The notes beneath the pieces were generated by a model. That model ran no database searches. It was not told the origin of the DNA and saw only the letters and a list, made by a program, of their open reading frames with translations. The translations under genes were made by a program, and so were the position numbers. From assembly GCA_000165425.1 (NCBI GenBank), contig CT868655.1, positions 62,001 to 126,000 of the forward strand: 64,000 nucleotides of DNA, in the 5' to 3' direction. Positions 31,347 to 46,600 of the stretch are shown here, piece by piece (the first letter of the stretch is position 1; every line of letters begins with the position of its first letter). Origin of the DNA: Paramecium tetraurelia. Taxonomy: Eukaryota.

Positions 31347-32837
31347 TCAATCCCCATCACGCCTCTCATTATGTTAGGTTAATCCACCTCTCAATTGATC
31401 AACTCTGTAATATTTGGTATACATGAAATGTCCTCCCTCCTCAGTACTCTGATAGCGTGTTATGGCTTCATTTATATAGTCTCCACTCTAGACTTTTTCA
31501 ATAATTTTGAGGAACTCTTCCCCAGACTGAATCTAATGTTATTCAGATGTTATCCTCAAGGTTTAATTGAAACTTGAAGTGCATCAACACTCTCATTATT
31601 CTGAGTGATTATGTTTTCATTTATATATTAGATTTATTCTTAAATTTAGATTAAATTTCTATCACTCGATGTGATATGCATTAAAAGACTTTGATCATCT
31701 TCTCGCCCGCATCTCTATCCTTACATTCAAAATAGATGTCTTCTATTAATAAACTCTTGTAATCTTACTTGCTAAATGATTATCAAAGTCTTACTTGTAT
31801 TGATCTAATTGCTCAGCCAAGCTATGATCAATTTGATCATGATATATGTCTAATTAAATATAATACTATTCAGATTAACTATATTTACGAAATATACAAT
31901 AAATTCCATCCTTCTCAAACCCTTTTTATGTGAATACAATCCTGATTATCTCATTATTTATCATATGAATAGGGAGATCTTGATTTTAGAGAATATTACA
32001 TGAAGTTTCACCTAATTGTAATTCAGCATAAACCAAACTACACCCATTTTTGGTAGGATATACTTAAAATGATTTAATTTGTTGAATTAACCTCGAAGTG
32101 GATGGCATGACATGTTCCTAATATAGTAAATAGTATATTTACATGATAGATTCTAAGTGGTTTTATTTTTGAATAATAAATAAATTTCATATGCAAATTA
32201 TCATTTGTGTCCTAGTATAACATAGCATCTTCCTAGTCTAAAATTTACTTAAAATTATGAATAGCATTGAAACTATCCAAATTTTGCAATGTGTTCTAAA
32301 CCAATATTTCCATATCTTTCTAATACTAAATTTGGTAGCAATACCTAATTACTTAGATGAAATCAGGTAAATATGGAATCATCCTCTAAATTTTATCCCT
32401 TGACAACAAACTAGGCTTGGCTTGAGACTTTGTTGTTAATGGTTGTTTATTAATGTAAGGTTCCTCTTTGGGTAAAGATCTATCAAATTCTTCTAAAACT
32501 TTTTCTTAAGGCCAACTTTTTCTATCATTCTCCTGAAAAGCAATCGGTCCATTGCTAATACTCTTTTTCGTGATTCCAACCAAATTTAATTTCATTTGAC
32601 TTAGTCTACAGCTTTGTAACGTATTTGTCTTAGTATTCAAATATACTATAATCACAAATTCTAATTTACTTTTGTCTTTAATCCTTAACATCTTATATTT
32701 ATAAAACCTTTCAAATAGACTGATCACGTACCTGAGTATTTAATAAAATATTTAAAAAGTTTCTCTTTCCATTTTTTCATTATTCCAGATTCCTTAAAAC
32801 CACTTCCACTATAATATTCTGTTTCATTTTGATACAT
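31347..32837 (-). pseudogene. Frameshifted, truncated gene for a PH-domain (probably PH-START-OSBP-type) lipid-transfer protein
   Basis: PH start YSGSGFKESGIMKKWKEK and PH end EIKFGWNHEKEYQQWTDCF need frame changes to join each other and the downstream coding blocks. Further frame switches near 31650 and 31560. Ends at ..GGHFMYTKYYRVDQLRGGLT..GD-TGA. Confidence 0.55.
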
Positions 32838-33071
32838 TTTAATTAATATTTAATAATTATAAGCTAATTAAATCCCAATTCCCATCTTACTATTATAAGT
32901 ACTAAGTACTATTTTTTAGATAATTTCTCTAAAAGTGAGGATGTTTAAATACTCTTCCTTTAGAATTGCTTATACATCTATTTTAAAAAGTATATCTCAT
33001 ATGACTTAGGCTTTACAGCATAAGGTATATATAAATGAATACAATATTTATTGAACAATTAAAATATATTT

Positions 33072-34941
33072 ATGTTTTCAAATACAAATTCACAATTCCA
33101 AAATCCTCCTGCATCCTAAGCTTACAATCAAACTGATCCCATATGTAAGTCATCTAAATACTGTAGTCAATTAATCCCCACTAGGCAAACCGGTGTATCA
33201 ACCTCAATAACCCTTGCCAATGGAGGCAGAAATGAAACTCTACAGAGGATATACTCAAGAATTCGATTTAAAAGTTCCGACTCCTTAACCGATCAAATAG
33301 GCCTCATCCTAAATTGTTATGTAGAATTAACCTCAACAATCAAAAGGAAGTTAGAAAGTATCTTATGTAATATGTTTGGATATCAATAGTTGATAGATTG
33401 GATTATGTACTTTTTACCCATCGCCTTCATTATCATAACATTGATTATTATGTCATGCATGATTGGAGCTAAGACAAAGCATCTTAACCCAGAAGGAGCT
33501 CATAATACATTATCAACCTTAAAAGAAAACTTATCGAAAAACCCAATAGAAGATATAGTGGTAGGAGGCGAGGGAGCATCCTCACATATGACAATGTTCG
33601 AATATTATAGTCATAAAGATGTTGGATGTCCTGATGGATATGAAGCAGCAGACATTGGAAAATGGGATGGAGTTAAGTCTGGTTGTTTATGTGAAAATGG
33701 AGAGACAAGCCATTCCGCCACTTGTTTTTATAAATCAACATGCAAGAGAGTGAAATCCCATGATGCTGTGGATCTTTAGATTTGGCAATCAAAGAGTTTT
33801 TGCATAAAAACTTATGATGGATGGCAACCTCTAAATGGAGTTGATTGCGATGATGGCTATAAGAAATGTGGGAATCTTTGTGTGCCTGTCTCTAGAAAGT
33901 GTCCCTTGTCTAGTTTAGTGAAAGACAATAGTAGGTTTAATGATGAGCATTCAATAAAGATAGGCAATGATAATTTCATTAAAAAGTTTGAGGATTCTGA
34001 ATCAGTTGTGGATATGTAATTAGTTCCTGGTTTGGGCTAAAGTGAATCTTCACCTTGCTATAACAATGAGTTAAATCCAAGCTTTTAATCCCAGAAATAT
34101 TATCCATTTGCTAAAAGAGCAGAAAAAGGATGTGATCAGTACTTGGATCTCCAGAATCACAGAGTTACTTTGAATACTTTCGAAACTCACAAGGTTTATG
34201 AGCAGAATGACTTAAATGATCTTTTGCATGAATTGCCATTTTATCAAAGTTATCTGAGTAATGAAGATACATATGCGTTCGAAATTATTAAAAGAATTAG
34301 AATAAACCCTATTAAGGAATGTCAATAACTGAAACCGAATTAAGTTGAAAAGATTTCATCCAGTAGCAAGAGTATATACACTGCTGAGAAATACCTTTCT
34401 TTTATTATATTGTTATTGGCAGCAATCACTTTATTTTTGGTGCCAATTCTTTATTTAATCAGGAATAGAGTATGATTATCATTTCTATCTAGGTGTTTTA
34501 ATGGAAAGACATGACAGAATTCTCATAACCAAGATTCTTCTGTGTTCTAGCTTTTATCATTGCTGCACTCTGCATAATCCTGGGATCATTCTATATTTAT
34601 CATGTTGATGGAAATGTAAATCTACAAGATTATTATTTAGAATGGATTGAAAGAGCATAACCGTATGTTCTCGTAGTACTTAGAAAAGAATTGCTTCTCA
34701 GATTAAGGATTGATCTTAGTATGATTTAGTAATTAAATTATAGGCTGTTGATTAAGTTAACACTTTTGCAAAGAATGTGTACCACTCTACGTATAGTTAT
34801 GTGATATTTACATTTTATGGAAGTGTTGGTTTCTTGGTGATCCTGATTTTACTCCTGATTTACTAATTTTTTGAACATAAGAGTATTTTTGAGAATCCAT
34901 GGTAATACAGAATCCAAAAGTAATATTATGAATTCCATTGA
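33072..34941 (+). CDS. Multi-pass membrane protein with a large Cys-rich extracellular loop (ciliate family, unknown function)
   Basis: Q/P-rich N-terminus, TM WIMYFLPIAFIIITLIIMSCMIGA, CPDGY..WDGVKSGCLC..CGNLCVP..CPL, three further TM helices; tiny introns. Confidence 0.8.
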
Positions 34942-35381
34942 ATTAAATCAATTTTAACTTTTTAATTTATTAATCTGTCTCCACATAACTGGTTATTACA
35001 AAAGGCATAGGAAGATACCTATTTATACTGTGAAATTTTAGAAAATCTACGAGGAGGAGAGTAATAAGAATAAATCTATATTCGAGAAGTAATAAAGAAG
35101 AATTTAATAGTGTTAATATCTTATAATAATAATGAGTCAAAATGAATATTATCTAATACAATTAATTTCTAATCAAAAACTTGGTTATAGAGTTACATAT
35201 ATTTTCTTTTTGTATTATTTTTATAGAATGATTATCAAAATAGTCATCTTATAATATTTATATCTTAAAATAACTGGTAGCAGAGGAAATGTTAAGAATA
35301 AATTCAAAGATCAAAGAATGATTATCCTTGTATAACAATTATTATAATTTAATTCTTTCACTTATTAAAATATTGTATTAT

Positions 35382-36337
35382 ATGCAGCAATCATAAACAA
35401 TCCTAAACTATTTAAATGGAAATTATCTACTCACAAGCAGCACTGAGAATCAAATCGTTACTCTAGAATTCGATTCTCAATATTATAACCCTTGTTTTTA
35501 CTTCTTGCATTACTAATTGTTTAATCATGTGAATAGCACTAGGTAATGAATGCAGTTATTGCTTATAGACCACTCCTAATTATTGACTTAGAATACAACT
35601 TTAGATCATAATGGAAGAACGTCTATTCTAATATTGAATGTTCAGAGTAAAATGGATTCAAGAAATACGTGAATAATGTTTATTTCATCAGCAAGGAGGA
35701 ATCCTTGGTTAATGTTTTAAAGCAGATAGTTGCAGATAACATTAAAAGCCTTGAAGTTTTGATTTCAGGATTAGAATTGGCTGAGCAATCGATTTACAAT
35801 ACAGTAAGGGAAATTCTGAAATAACCCTTTCGATCTCAGATTAGTTTATTGATGCCTAAGGATTTTAAGCATAGGGACGTAAAAACGATTTAAAGTATAT
35901 CAAATTGTAGAATGATAATTGAATAATTGTTGGAGAGTGATGAAAAGTTGTAAAAGAATGAGAGGGAATTTAAAATCTATAATTTGTTGGTGATGATGGT
36001 ATTGAAGAAGTCGAATGGACATTCCTTTTTGAAGAATTATATCATTGATGGTAAAGAGTTGTTGAAGACGAAATTAAAAATAAATAAAATAAAAAAGGAG
36101 AGTCAAAAGGATGAGCAATTGGATGTGACTAAGAAGATTGGTGCAACATTCAATTTGAATTTGAGTTAGGAATAAAAATTGACGAAGAGTGAGATTGATA
36201 ATTAAATAAATCCGTACAAGGAGATAATTTCTTAGGAGAATGCCCCTTTGATCTATCAGAATGAGGGAGATGAGAAGAGGATAATCCTGGATGACGAGCA
36301 GGAGGATTTTGAGGAAGTGGAGGAGTATGAAGGATGA
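35382..36337 (+). CDS. Elongator subunit ELP5-like protein
   Basis: About 310 aa, one intron. C-terminal ATFNLNLSQEQK...NPY...IILDDEQEDFEE resembles the ELP5 TFNL motif and acidic tail. Confidence 0.55.
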
Positions 36338-36496
36338 AATGTTATTTTAATTTATTTCATAGAAATCTTATTAATCAGTCTTTTATAAAAATTAAATGTA
36401 AAAAGATTCTACACTTTCGGATAAAATTATTGTTGCCTCAAGAGTAATTATTATAATATTAAATTAAACAGACTTTTATCAAAAATATCGCCTATC

Positions 36497-38278
36497 ATGT
36501 AAAAGACCACTCTCAATTATTCTTGTGCAGGTAATGAAATCCATTGATAATTTGGACATAGATTTAACTCACAAATAAGCATAACAGGAGAATGCCAAAT
36601 TTGGGATTGTGATTGACAAGGAAAACTCGTATGCCGTTTTGCAAAAGAAGAAGTAGCTTCAAAATAGGGAAAATAGTAGTCAATCTTAATAAAAGGCAGA
36701 TTTTCGATCCAATAGTGGTTTGTAGAAAACATCTTCACTCCAATAATTTTACAGAGCCTCATCCACAAACGATAAAAATTCTTATCAAAATCAGAAGAAT
36801 ACCTATGCATACTTAAAGGACATGAAAAATTCGTCGGCTATTTAGTAACTTCAATAGAGTGGTTACCAATAGCGTCACATCTCCTCGAAACAACTTAAAG
36901 AGTAGAATGGTAAGTTAACTGAATAAGCATCAAATAATTAGTTGAAGACAAATACACTTGAAGGTTATGAGGACAAGAAGCTGAGTCTAAAATTTATGAA
37001 AAGTTGTTAGGATAAATAAAAAAATCTGAAATCTAAAGATCAACCAGAATATAACAATCAATAAATCTTGGACAATAAAGCAGATAAACTCAGATACAAA
37101 TAATAAGGCCTATTGGCTAAGTATTTCCCAATCCAAGCAAATGAGTAAGCTAATGATAAAAACACAGATGACAAAAAACAAACAAGAGATGTCAAACAAA
37201 TTTACAATATTTACACACAAATCAAAGATATTAAAAATTACTACTCCAATTCCTTAAAACAAACCCAAGAAAAGAAAGGACTATAACTTCAGGATTTTGT
37301 GACTCAACTCACTTCAAACAACATCAAAACTTCATCAAAACAATTGGTCAATAACTACACTCATCTGAAAACAGACAGATAATAGTATAACGAGGTGAAA
37401 CAAACTCATCTCTATAAAAGTAGTGAGACCTAACAAAGTGAACCTGTAATACTCATATTATCATACTTAGTTTCTATATTACATTTCAACCATTCTATAA
37501 TCATTGAGAAGACAGGAATCAAATAGACATGACGATAAAATAAGGGATCACTTTTCGTAAACCTATTAAGTATGTATGACATTTATGCAAGGGATTGCTA
37601 TTTGCAAATCAACTGGATTTGACCTTTGATGAAGATAAGATTGTTCATCTCCCGAGATCTAATAATTTGAAAACTATTGTGTTTGATTTGGATGAAACCT
37701 TAATTCACTGCAATGAACATGCTTAAATTCCAGGGGATGTCATACTCCCTATTACATTTCCAAATGGCGAAACTGTCCAAGCCTCTATCAATATTAGACC
37801 TCACGCTTAGAAGGTGCTCTAGACCCTCTCTAAACATTTTGAGATCATTATTTTTACAGCCTCGCATTCCAGTTATGCCAACATCGTGATTGATTACTTG
37901 GATCCCAAAAGACAATGGATCTCTCACAGATTTTACAGGGAGAACTGCTTATAGACTCCTGAAGGGGCGTATGTGAAGGATTTAAGGTAAAGGATAAATA
38001 TTTTTAGAGTGTTAGGAAATAGGAAATTATCGAATGTGCTTTTAATTGATAATGCTGCATACTCATTTAGTTAACAGATTGAGAATGGAGTGCCAATCAT
38101 CTCTTTTTACGATAATTATGATGATTAGGAACTGCTGCTTTTACAAAACTATTTGTTGAGTTTTAGATACGAAAAGGATGTGAGAGATTTAAATTAAAGA
38201 ATGTTAAAATTAAATTTATTTATCAATTATTAAGATCTAAAGGAACTACTGTAAAGTTTATTTGCCATGTACATATGA
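36497..38278 (+). CDS. CTD small phosphatase-like (NIF/FCP1-SCP family HAD phosphatase)
   Basis: KTIVFDLDETLIHC, INIRP, IFTASHSSYA, YVKDLRV, LIDNAAYSF. Confidence 0.93.
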
Positions 38279-38412
38279 TTGGTGTTATTGAGCCTGTGGA
38301 TAATTGTGAATGATCATATATTGTTTATTTTATATAAAATCGCTAGAAATGCACATCAATTATAATTTTCATATTTTCATAAAATTAGTTAACGAACATA
38401 CACAATTTAAAA

Positions 38413-39533
38413 ATGATGAATGTTTCAAAATGCAGCAAATGCTTAAATGTCCCAGATGATATCCTAATGTTAACATGTAGTCATGATTTATGTTTACTGT
38501 GTGCAGCCAAGTCATTTTCACAACAACCTTCCAAAAGAAGCAAAAAGGTAAAACATCCTTTGATTATTGAACAGTTCTTTGTTTGCGACATCTGTTCCTC
38601 CAATACCGAATTAGATGCCAATAGTGTTTACGAATTAGAAAAACTACATTTAACCACAGCTTTGTAAGATAGATCGAATCGCAAACCTGCCTCATAGTCT
38701 AAATCCAATATAACATCCGAGAAACAATTGAAGCCTCGTTCGCAAAACAGACAGGAAAACAAAGAGAATGCAAAAGAAAAACCCATTAAATACACTGCTC
38801 AAACTATGGAGGCTAGAGTGTCTGTGCATCAATCTCAAAGGAACATGAGTAAGTAACAGAGTGAAAATTCCTTCATCTAAAACTCAAGAGGAATGTGTAT
38901 TGATCACCCTGAAGAGGAAGTGTCTTACTATTGTTTTGATTGCAATAGCAAATGTATTTGTCCAGAATGTATTATCCATGGAATTCACAAGAATCATGAA
39001 GTCAAAACAATCAAGAAATCGTATCCAATTGTCAGGAAATAGTTAGAAGACCAATTGGAATAAAATAATCAATGTATTATCCAAGTAGAAAACCAAAAGC
39101 AGGAATTAGAAAAGAAATAGATTTAATAACAAGCCATTTAAGATCATTTGAGGTTGTAAATTGCTCAGGAATTTTAAGTATCCATTACATCCTAACTTAG
39201 GCTTTACATCAACTATTGAATAGTAAATAAAGTGAACTATTAGAAAAAGTAGACAATTAACCCACTATTATGGAACAATAGGATGGATATATTAACAGAT
39301 TAAATGAGGTTGAATTCAAGTTATCAAATTTTAATGAGAAAATTAATGACGTGATAGATTCAAAAGATGAATGTGGATTACTCAATTATTATGGGTCAAT
39401 TTATGGACAACCAACACCACAAATACCTCCACTTCCTAATATTAAAGAAGTCCAACTATCAAATTAAATATTTACATAAATTAATGATGTTAAAAAGTTG
39501 ATCGGAGGTCTAGATATTGATTGTAATTAATGA
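38413..39533 (+). CDS. RING + B-box + coiled-coil (TRIM-like) protein
   Basis: CSKC..LTCSHDLCLLC..CDIC; CIDHPEEEVSYYCFDC..CPECIIHGIHKNH; coiled coil. Confidence 0.88.
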
Positions 39534-40613
39534 TTTAACTCCATCAATTAAATATATCATAATATTTTTAAAAATTGATGGTCTCCTCTTCTATTGACTT
39601 ATTATATAAATCATAGTTTTGTTTCATTTGATTCCAAATCATTTTTAAATTTTGATTTACAATCAAAGTTTAAGAATAATGTTACAAACCTTCATATTTC
39701 CATATATTTTATAATTTTTCTATTTTGTTTGATAAATTCTAATTAAGTTAATTCTGTGCACTTAACTGTTCATTGTTAAATTACTAATTGATGATTTAAT
39801 CAGTATGATTTTGAATTCTTCAGAATATTTAAGATACTCTATATGAATAAAATGTTATCAATATTGATAATATAAATTGTGATTAAAAGATGCTTTATAA
39901 CGATGATGGAATTCTTATTATTTTTATTTATATATCATTTATATAGTATTGAAAAGTAGTCTCATATATTTTGTATTCAGTATTAATATTTCTTAAAAAG
40001 TAATATCTCGCTACTAGTGATTTATCCATCAATCCTTATTTAATAATATAATATGAATAGCTTTAAAGTGATGGAATAAATGAAAAACAAATTTCTAAGC
40101 TTACAGACTTACATGTTTATTCTTAGATTTTTTGAATGATTTCAATAAAGTATAATTAGATATACCTTCATATATCTTAGACTTATACCTTTTTTAACAG
40201 ATACTATTTATCCATCAAAATAGTTCCAAATTGCCTGGACATAGAAAGGACCCTTAAGGGGAGAAAATATCAATCTATTATGACACAAATTATCAATTAA
40301 CAGATCAAAAACTTGAGTGATTAATTCTTAAAAGTTGTATTAGTAATTTAAATTAAAAATCTTTTGGACTCTCTAATCTTAATGTTGTATAAGGTCTAAT
40401 AAAGATTCTTGTTAGACAATCCGAAGTGCGTATCATCTTCTTATAATAAATTACTTTCAAATGGCGATTTAATTTAGGATTGTCTATTCCGTTAATATAG
40501 GGACTTGGCATTTTTGCTATGAGCCCTTAGAATGGAATGTTATAATGTAAATTTGAAAAGTAGGAATTGATATTTGTTAATTTATTGTGGTTATAATATA
40601 TATAATTGAAGAA

Positions 40614-43600
40614 ATGAAATAAAAAATGCATTAGAGTTTTGGGCAAACAATGTCCGTAGAAATTGCTAAGATTGCGAATTACAAGAATATGTTTAATATT
40701 GAGGCTTTGATTGTCATTCTCATAAATTTTATGTCTCTAATGAGCTTCACAATAGAGCCAGAGAACAATTCAGGATATTTATATTTTATTTAAGTACTAA
40801 ATCTTTTAAGTCTAGTTTTTGAGTGTATTCACTCGCCCACCAGACATTTTATTTGTGCCAATTAGTATGTTACTCTTAATTTTGTATTTGTTCGTTTATG
40901 GATGTCTATTGTTAATGTCATATTCACAATACAGCAGTTAAAATAAAATGATCATCTCAAACAAGTAATTCAAGCAACTCAGATTCATGCTATCCTTGAC
41001 TGCTGAGTGCATAGTTTAACTCACCTGCCCAATAGTAGTCACTTGATTTATTCTAGTTATCTATCAATATGGGATTGTTTAGCAAATACAACAGCGCTTG
41101 GATAACAGTGCCTATCCTGAATATTGTGTTGCACTCATTAATATTGTTTTGTTACTTTTATTTTTATCGAAGTTACCAATTCAATTAGTTAGGATTGTAC
41201 AGAAATTTCAGTTTAATTTCCTATTGCTATTACATCATAACGATTTTTGTAGTCGCAATAGATTGGAACACTTCTCTCTCCATTCAACCTTATATATTAT
41301 TACTAATGAGTATTTTGATGCTTGTGGATCTAATACTATTCATTCCCTATAAATTGACATTTGAAAATCAAATTTATTTATTTGGTTGCACTGGGTTGTT
41401 TATCCTGGGAATGTTGGGTTCACTCAAGTAATTGTTAGATTACATCACCAAAGACAATGTCTTCGAAACATTCGTTATAAGTTACCCCCTCTTTTTTTAT
41501 TTATTCTAATTGATCTAAAATATGAAATGGAAATAAATGTTATTGTATATGAGAACTGGATCTATGAAATAGATGGACATCAGAAAACTATGTTTTTCCT
41601 TGGAGGCCCTAGTTTGGTATGTAGAACAAGCAAGAACCAGCCAATATGTCTTTATGCAGGCTATTTTGATCTTGAAACACCACACTCAGAATTGCACAGA
41701 TCAAAATTGTGAATGCAAGGAAGATTTAACTAAACTCTACACTTAAAATCTTGAGAGCATGACCCATCGATCATCATTCTAATCTAAGACTGCTCTTCTC
41801 AGCAATGGGGACAAGAATAGCAATCAACAGAATCTCTCTCAAAATCTAGATGTAAGTCAGTTCCAGAAGACCATCAAAGATGTCAGTAGGAGAAATGATT
41901 CCTATGTTGGAATTCCAGGAATAGTTGAAATCCATCAGAAGATCACCAAACCTCTCATATTCTAACCGATGAAATTCTTGTAAAATGATCTAATAAATGA
42001 GGAATTGATATCTCAATACATCAAAAGGTAATTTCACTAAACAATTCAACAACTATCTTTTTCACTCAATCTAGATGATGTAGAGTATCTATCATTGAAG
42101 TACATATCTTTCATGTTTCTGTTCAAATAAAATAGTTCGTCCTCATTGACCAAATTAAGACAAATCCAAAGCAGAACTGCTAAGTTCTCGTATTTCTTTT
42201 GCAATATTACTAAAGTGACAGAAGAGCAATTTATTGAGGCGCTTAAAATGAGACATTTCGAAGAAAAGAGTACTTATGACGATATTGTTAAAATGAATGT
42301 GACAGAGATATGGAGATTGGAGATGGTCAAAGATGAAATTGTATCGAATATCGTGTGTGTCATAAAGAAGAAGATTAAGATGTGGGAGAATTTGTGTTCA
42401 GGTGAAATCTCAAATATGGATAGATTACTAATTGACATCATCAAAATCTCTAAATAAATAGAGGACAGTCGAAATTAGGTAGATTAAATCCTAGATGATT
42501 TTGCTGGATAAGTCCAAAAGAATTATGCCTATTATCTAAAGTATTAATGTTTTAGATCCCTCTTTTTCGACTCAGATTACAAGAAGGCAGTGTTTTATCA
42601 AAGGAAAGTAGAAGATTCTTGGTAGTTGAGCAGAGTTGCACATAAATAAGGACAAATCGGAAATTTCTAATGGCTGTCTGGAGACCTAGTCACTTTGGAA
42701 GTTAGCGTTGGTGTGTAGAGTGGATAAATTATCAAGGGATTTTCTAATAGATTAGTAGATTTGTTAGGATATGTAAGTTACGAGGATATGATTCAGAATT
42801 TGCGTATTAGAGGATTATAATCTAGCAGTTCTACATCGAATTCTGATAAAATTGGCATTTCTAGTATTATGCCTCCTTATTTAACGGCATCTCATAATTA
42901 CTTCATCCAAAGATTCATACATAGAGGCTACACCTATTATTACGATAAACCTATCAGTTCATTTGGGTGTGATGCCTTAGGATTTGTATTTCCTATCAAT
43001 GTGAACTTGTCATTCAACTTTCAAAATATGAATGACTTCACACTGTTAGGCTCAATCTTAAAGATCAAGGATGAAGATGAATACTTAATATTTGATGAAT
43101 GGGGACGTATATTGGGAGTATCAATGAGGACTTTTGATAAATTAATCTTGAAAGGTGCACTTGATGAATTTGGCATGGTTCAATACAAATCCATCCATTA
43201 GAAATTAGATAAACTAGGAAACCTCAAAAATAATTTGATGAATAAAATAGCTAAGGATGATCATGCTAAATTGTTTAAGAAGACTCTTACGGTACACTAA
43301 AAGCAAAGTACTACCAGGAGTTAAGTTAGAAGGACCTATTAAAAACCATCTGATATTCTCTTATAATTTGGTAGTGTTCAGCATTTCTTGCCTCAAATCG
43401 GAAAATAAATTACAGAAATACTTTCAAAGGATATTTTCAAAAAGTTACAGAGAGAATCTCAAGAACAATTCAATAAATTGATGGATAACCAAAACAATTA
43501 ATAATAAAATGTGATGGAGAAACAACAAAGCAATTTATTCCAAAGATAACTTAGTTAATTCATTGATCGATAATAGAGTATAAACAATTAAGGACTCAGT

Positions 43601-46600
43601 AGTGCAATGTTAGACAAAGATTAATATCGAAATTTTATACTCAATACATTTGTGGATGACAAAGGACTTATGAAGAAAAACATGTCTATCTTATAGGATG
43701 AGAAATTGGTGCTTTATGTTCCTAGAAATTATAATGAATTGATTGAATATTTCAATGATGCAGGAGAACGATTTGTTGAAAGTAAGAATGATTTTGAAAC
43801 CAAATCTATAAGAAGATAATAATTACAAAACAAATACTCTTACATCAAACAATAGCAAAACTGTTATCATCTATTCGATGCTGAATTTTAAGATTTTATT
43901 GATAACAAAATACGAAAGTACTATTCAAAAGCTTTACTCAAAGAAGCATTAGAATCTCAAGAAGCTAAATTGCTGTAGTAAGTGAGATATAAATGTGTCT
44001 CAACCATTGATGTTGGATTAGGAGGTATAAGTGACAAGGATTAGTTTCTCTATTTTGTTTGCAGACTCTCCTCCTTAAATCTGCAAACAGCCAAGAGGAA
44101 GGATGTTCTGAAGATCCATATGAAAAAAGAGAAAAACTAATAATTTGATGGTGGCGAGGAACTGAGAAAAAGCTTGATCCAACAATTTTCATCCATGGAC
44201 TCAGTGGACAAGTAAAAACCTGCTTGGGGACAATCTCTATCGATATAATAACAGTAAGAAAGTTCTGTTCCTCAACCGTAAATCAAATTCAAAGGAGAGA
44301 TTGATAAACCAATTATTGTAACTCTCGCCATTCCTGATAGTAGGACTTATGTTTCTTCATTGGATCGAGAAGAAGGACCAAATATGAAGGTGAACTTTGA
44401 AGCTTAAAACTAAAAACTAAATGAATCCTCGTTTGATATAGATGGGTCAATGAGAGAGAGTCTAATCTAGAGTGGCAATCATTCTATGAAACAGTCATTG
44501 AATTTGGATGTTCCAACATTATCGAGACAGAATTCACTAGAAAAAATGAAATAATCATTAGGTTAATCTAAAGAATTAAACAAAGAATTATCTAGAAGCT
44601 TGTCTGATAAAAAAGAAGAACCTCCAAAAAAGAAACTTAAGTTATCCTTTTTGAAAAAAATGGAAAAGGCTCTTGTTCCTAAAGATCCTCCTGCTGGAAG
44701 TCCAACTACTCCAATTGCTTCACCAATCCCAGTGTAACATTAACATCAATAGCCAGAGAAATAACCATCCAATTTAAGTGTTCCTGAAGAAAAAAGAAGT
44801 TCATTATTAAGTCCAACAGGTTTATTTTCTAAATTATTCACTCGATTAAATTTAAGGAGAGTATCCAATGTGGAAATTAAAAACGATTAATTCGAAGCCC
44901 CTGAACAAGGTTTTAGGGAGTAATCTGAGAATTCAGACAAAGAAGAAATAAAAAAATGTGGACAGAGTACTCCATCAGGTACTAATTCTATGTCCAGCAA
45001 CAATATCACAAGTCAAGCAGAAGGGAAGATTGAAGATGATGATCTCAAAAATGATGACGAATTAGTTAATATCTTTGAAGTCATGAGTTAGGCTTCAAAT
45101 CATTAATCCATTAAATCGATCTCAGCCATCTCCATGGCTACTCACATATCGTTAAGATGTCTAAAGTATTTACCAAGATAAGCAAAATCCCTGTAAGTTT
45201 TTAAAGTCGTCTTAATTCTATTGAATATATCCAGCATTATTAGTTTGGTTTCGACAACTCAAAATTACTTTGATAAGCTAAGTGTAGATCACTTGAGTTT
45301 AAAAATTAATAATCAGTATCGCTATTCTGCTATTGTGTTATAGTCTGCTAATTCAATCGATTAATTATCTATTATTCAATTTTAGCAACCAGTTAATGCT
45401 ACTTTGATGAATGAACTAATTACTTATTGTTCTAATTTGAGTTTAGAGATTAGTTAATCATATTTTGATGTTGTAGATCAAATCTTGAGTGCTGTTTCAT
45501 TTCCATTACCCAAACCTGATGTTTTGAGTATTCCTGATGAATTTTGGATTGTATCCCTTTCGCAATTTCTGACTTAACAAAAAATAGAAATAGATGCCAT
45601 TTAATTAATTAATAATTACAATAGGAGTGATGCCACTTTCCATTAGTTGTATAACAATTCTATTGACTATTTGCTAAGTCGTCTTATTTTTACTCAATCT
45701 CAAATCAACAATATGAGTCAATAATTGAGAGATTACAAGAACAATAACATCTTAAATTAAGCATTCATTGTGACTTATTTAATGGCAAGTTTTGGCGGAT
45801 TGCATTTGATAGTCATATTTTTAATTGTTCCATTCATTAGATAAATCAATAACATATATTTTCGAGTCCTTTGCATTCTAAGCAGAGTGACTGTTGAGGA
45901 AGCAGAAGATGAAATTAAAAAGTTAACTCTTTCTTAGCATCTACTTGAGGCTCAAGATGATTCATGGGTCACTCAAAACCAAGTCAAACTTGTGTTTTAC
46001 AATAAGAGTTAAGACATAGATTTAAATCAAAAGTATTAGAATATTGTCAAAGCAAAAGGAAAGGAAAGCTCATATTTTCAATCAAAATTAAGTGACACCT
46101 CTTTGAGTATTTGGAAAGACATGGGCCTATACATTATGATTTCCTCTATTTCAATCGGATATCTTATATTTTCAATTATCATTATCCAAACTCAGATAGA
46201 CACCTTCACTCCCTTTATGGAAAATTTTGATTAGACTGTGAGTACCAGCATCTATTCTTCAGCTTTGATTTCAAAACTATCAATCACTCCCGAAAGATAC
46301 GTGAATCTTAATAGCTCAAGCATACCAACCCAATATACCCTATATGGCTATTAGTAAAATCAATAAATTTCATATTTCCTATAGACCATTACCTCTGATA
46401 CGAGCAAGATCAAAACCTTTATAACTGATATGACCACTTTTTTAGAGCAATTAAATTTGGATTACAATTAGAATACAAGCAACACAAATACCACGATTAC
46501 TAATGAGTAGTATTAAAATAGAATTCAATATCTGGAGTAATTAAGTATTTTGAGTGAAATCAATCATATACTCAAAGACAATATTTGCTATTATTCTTAA

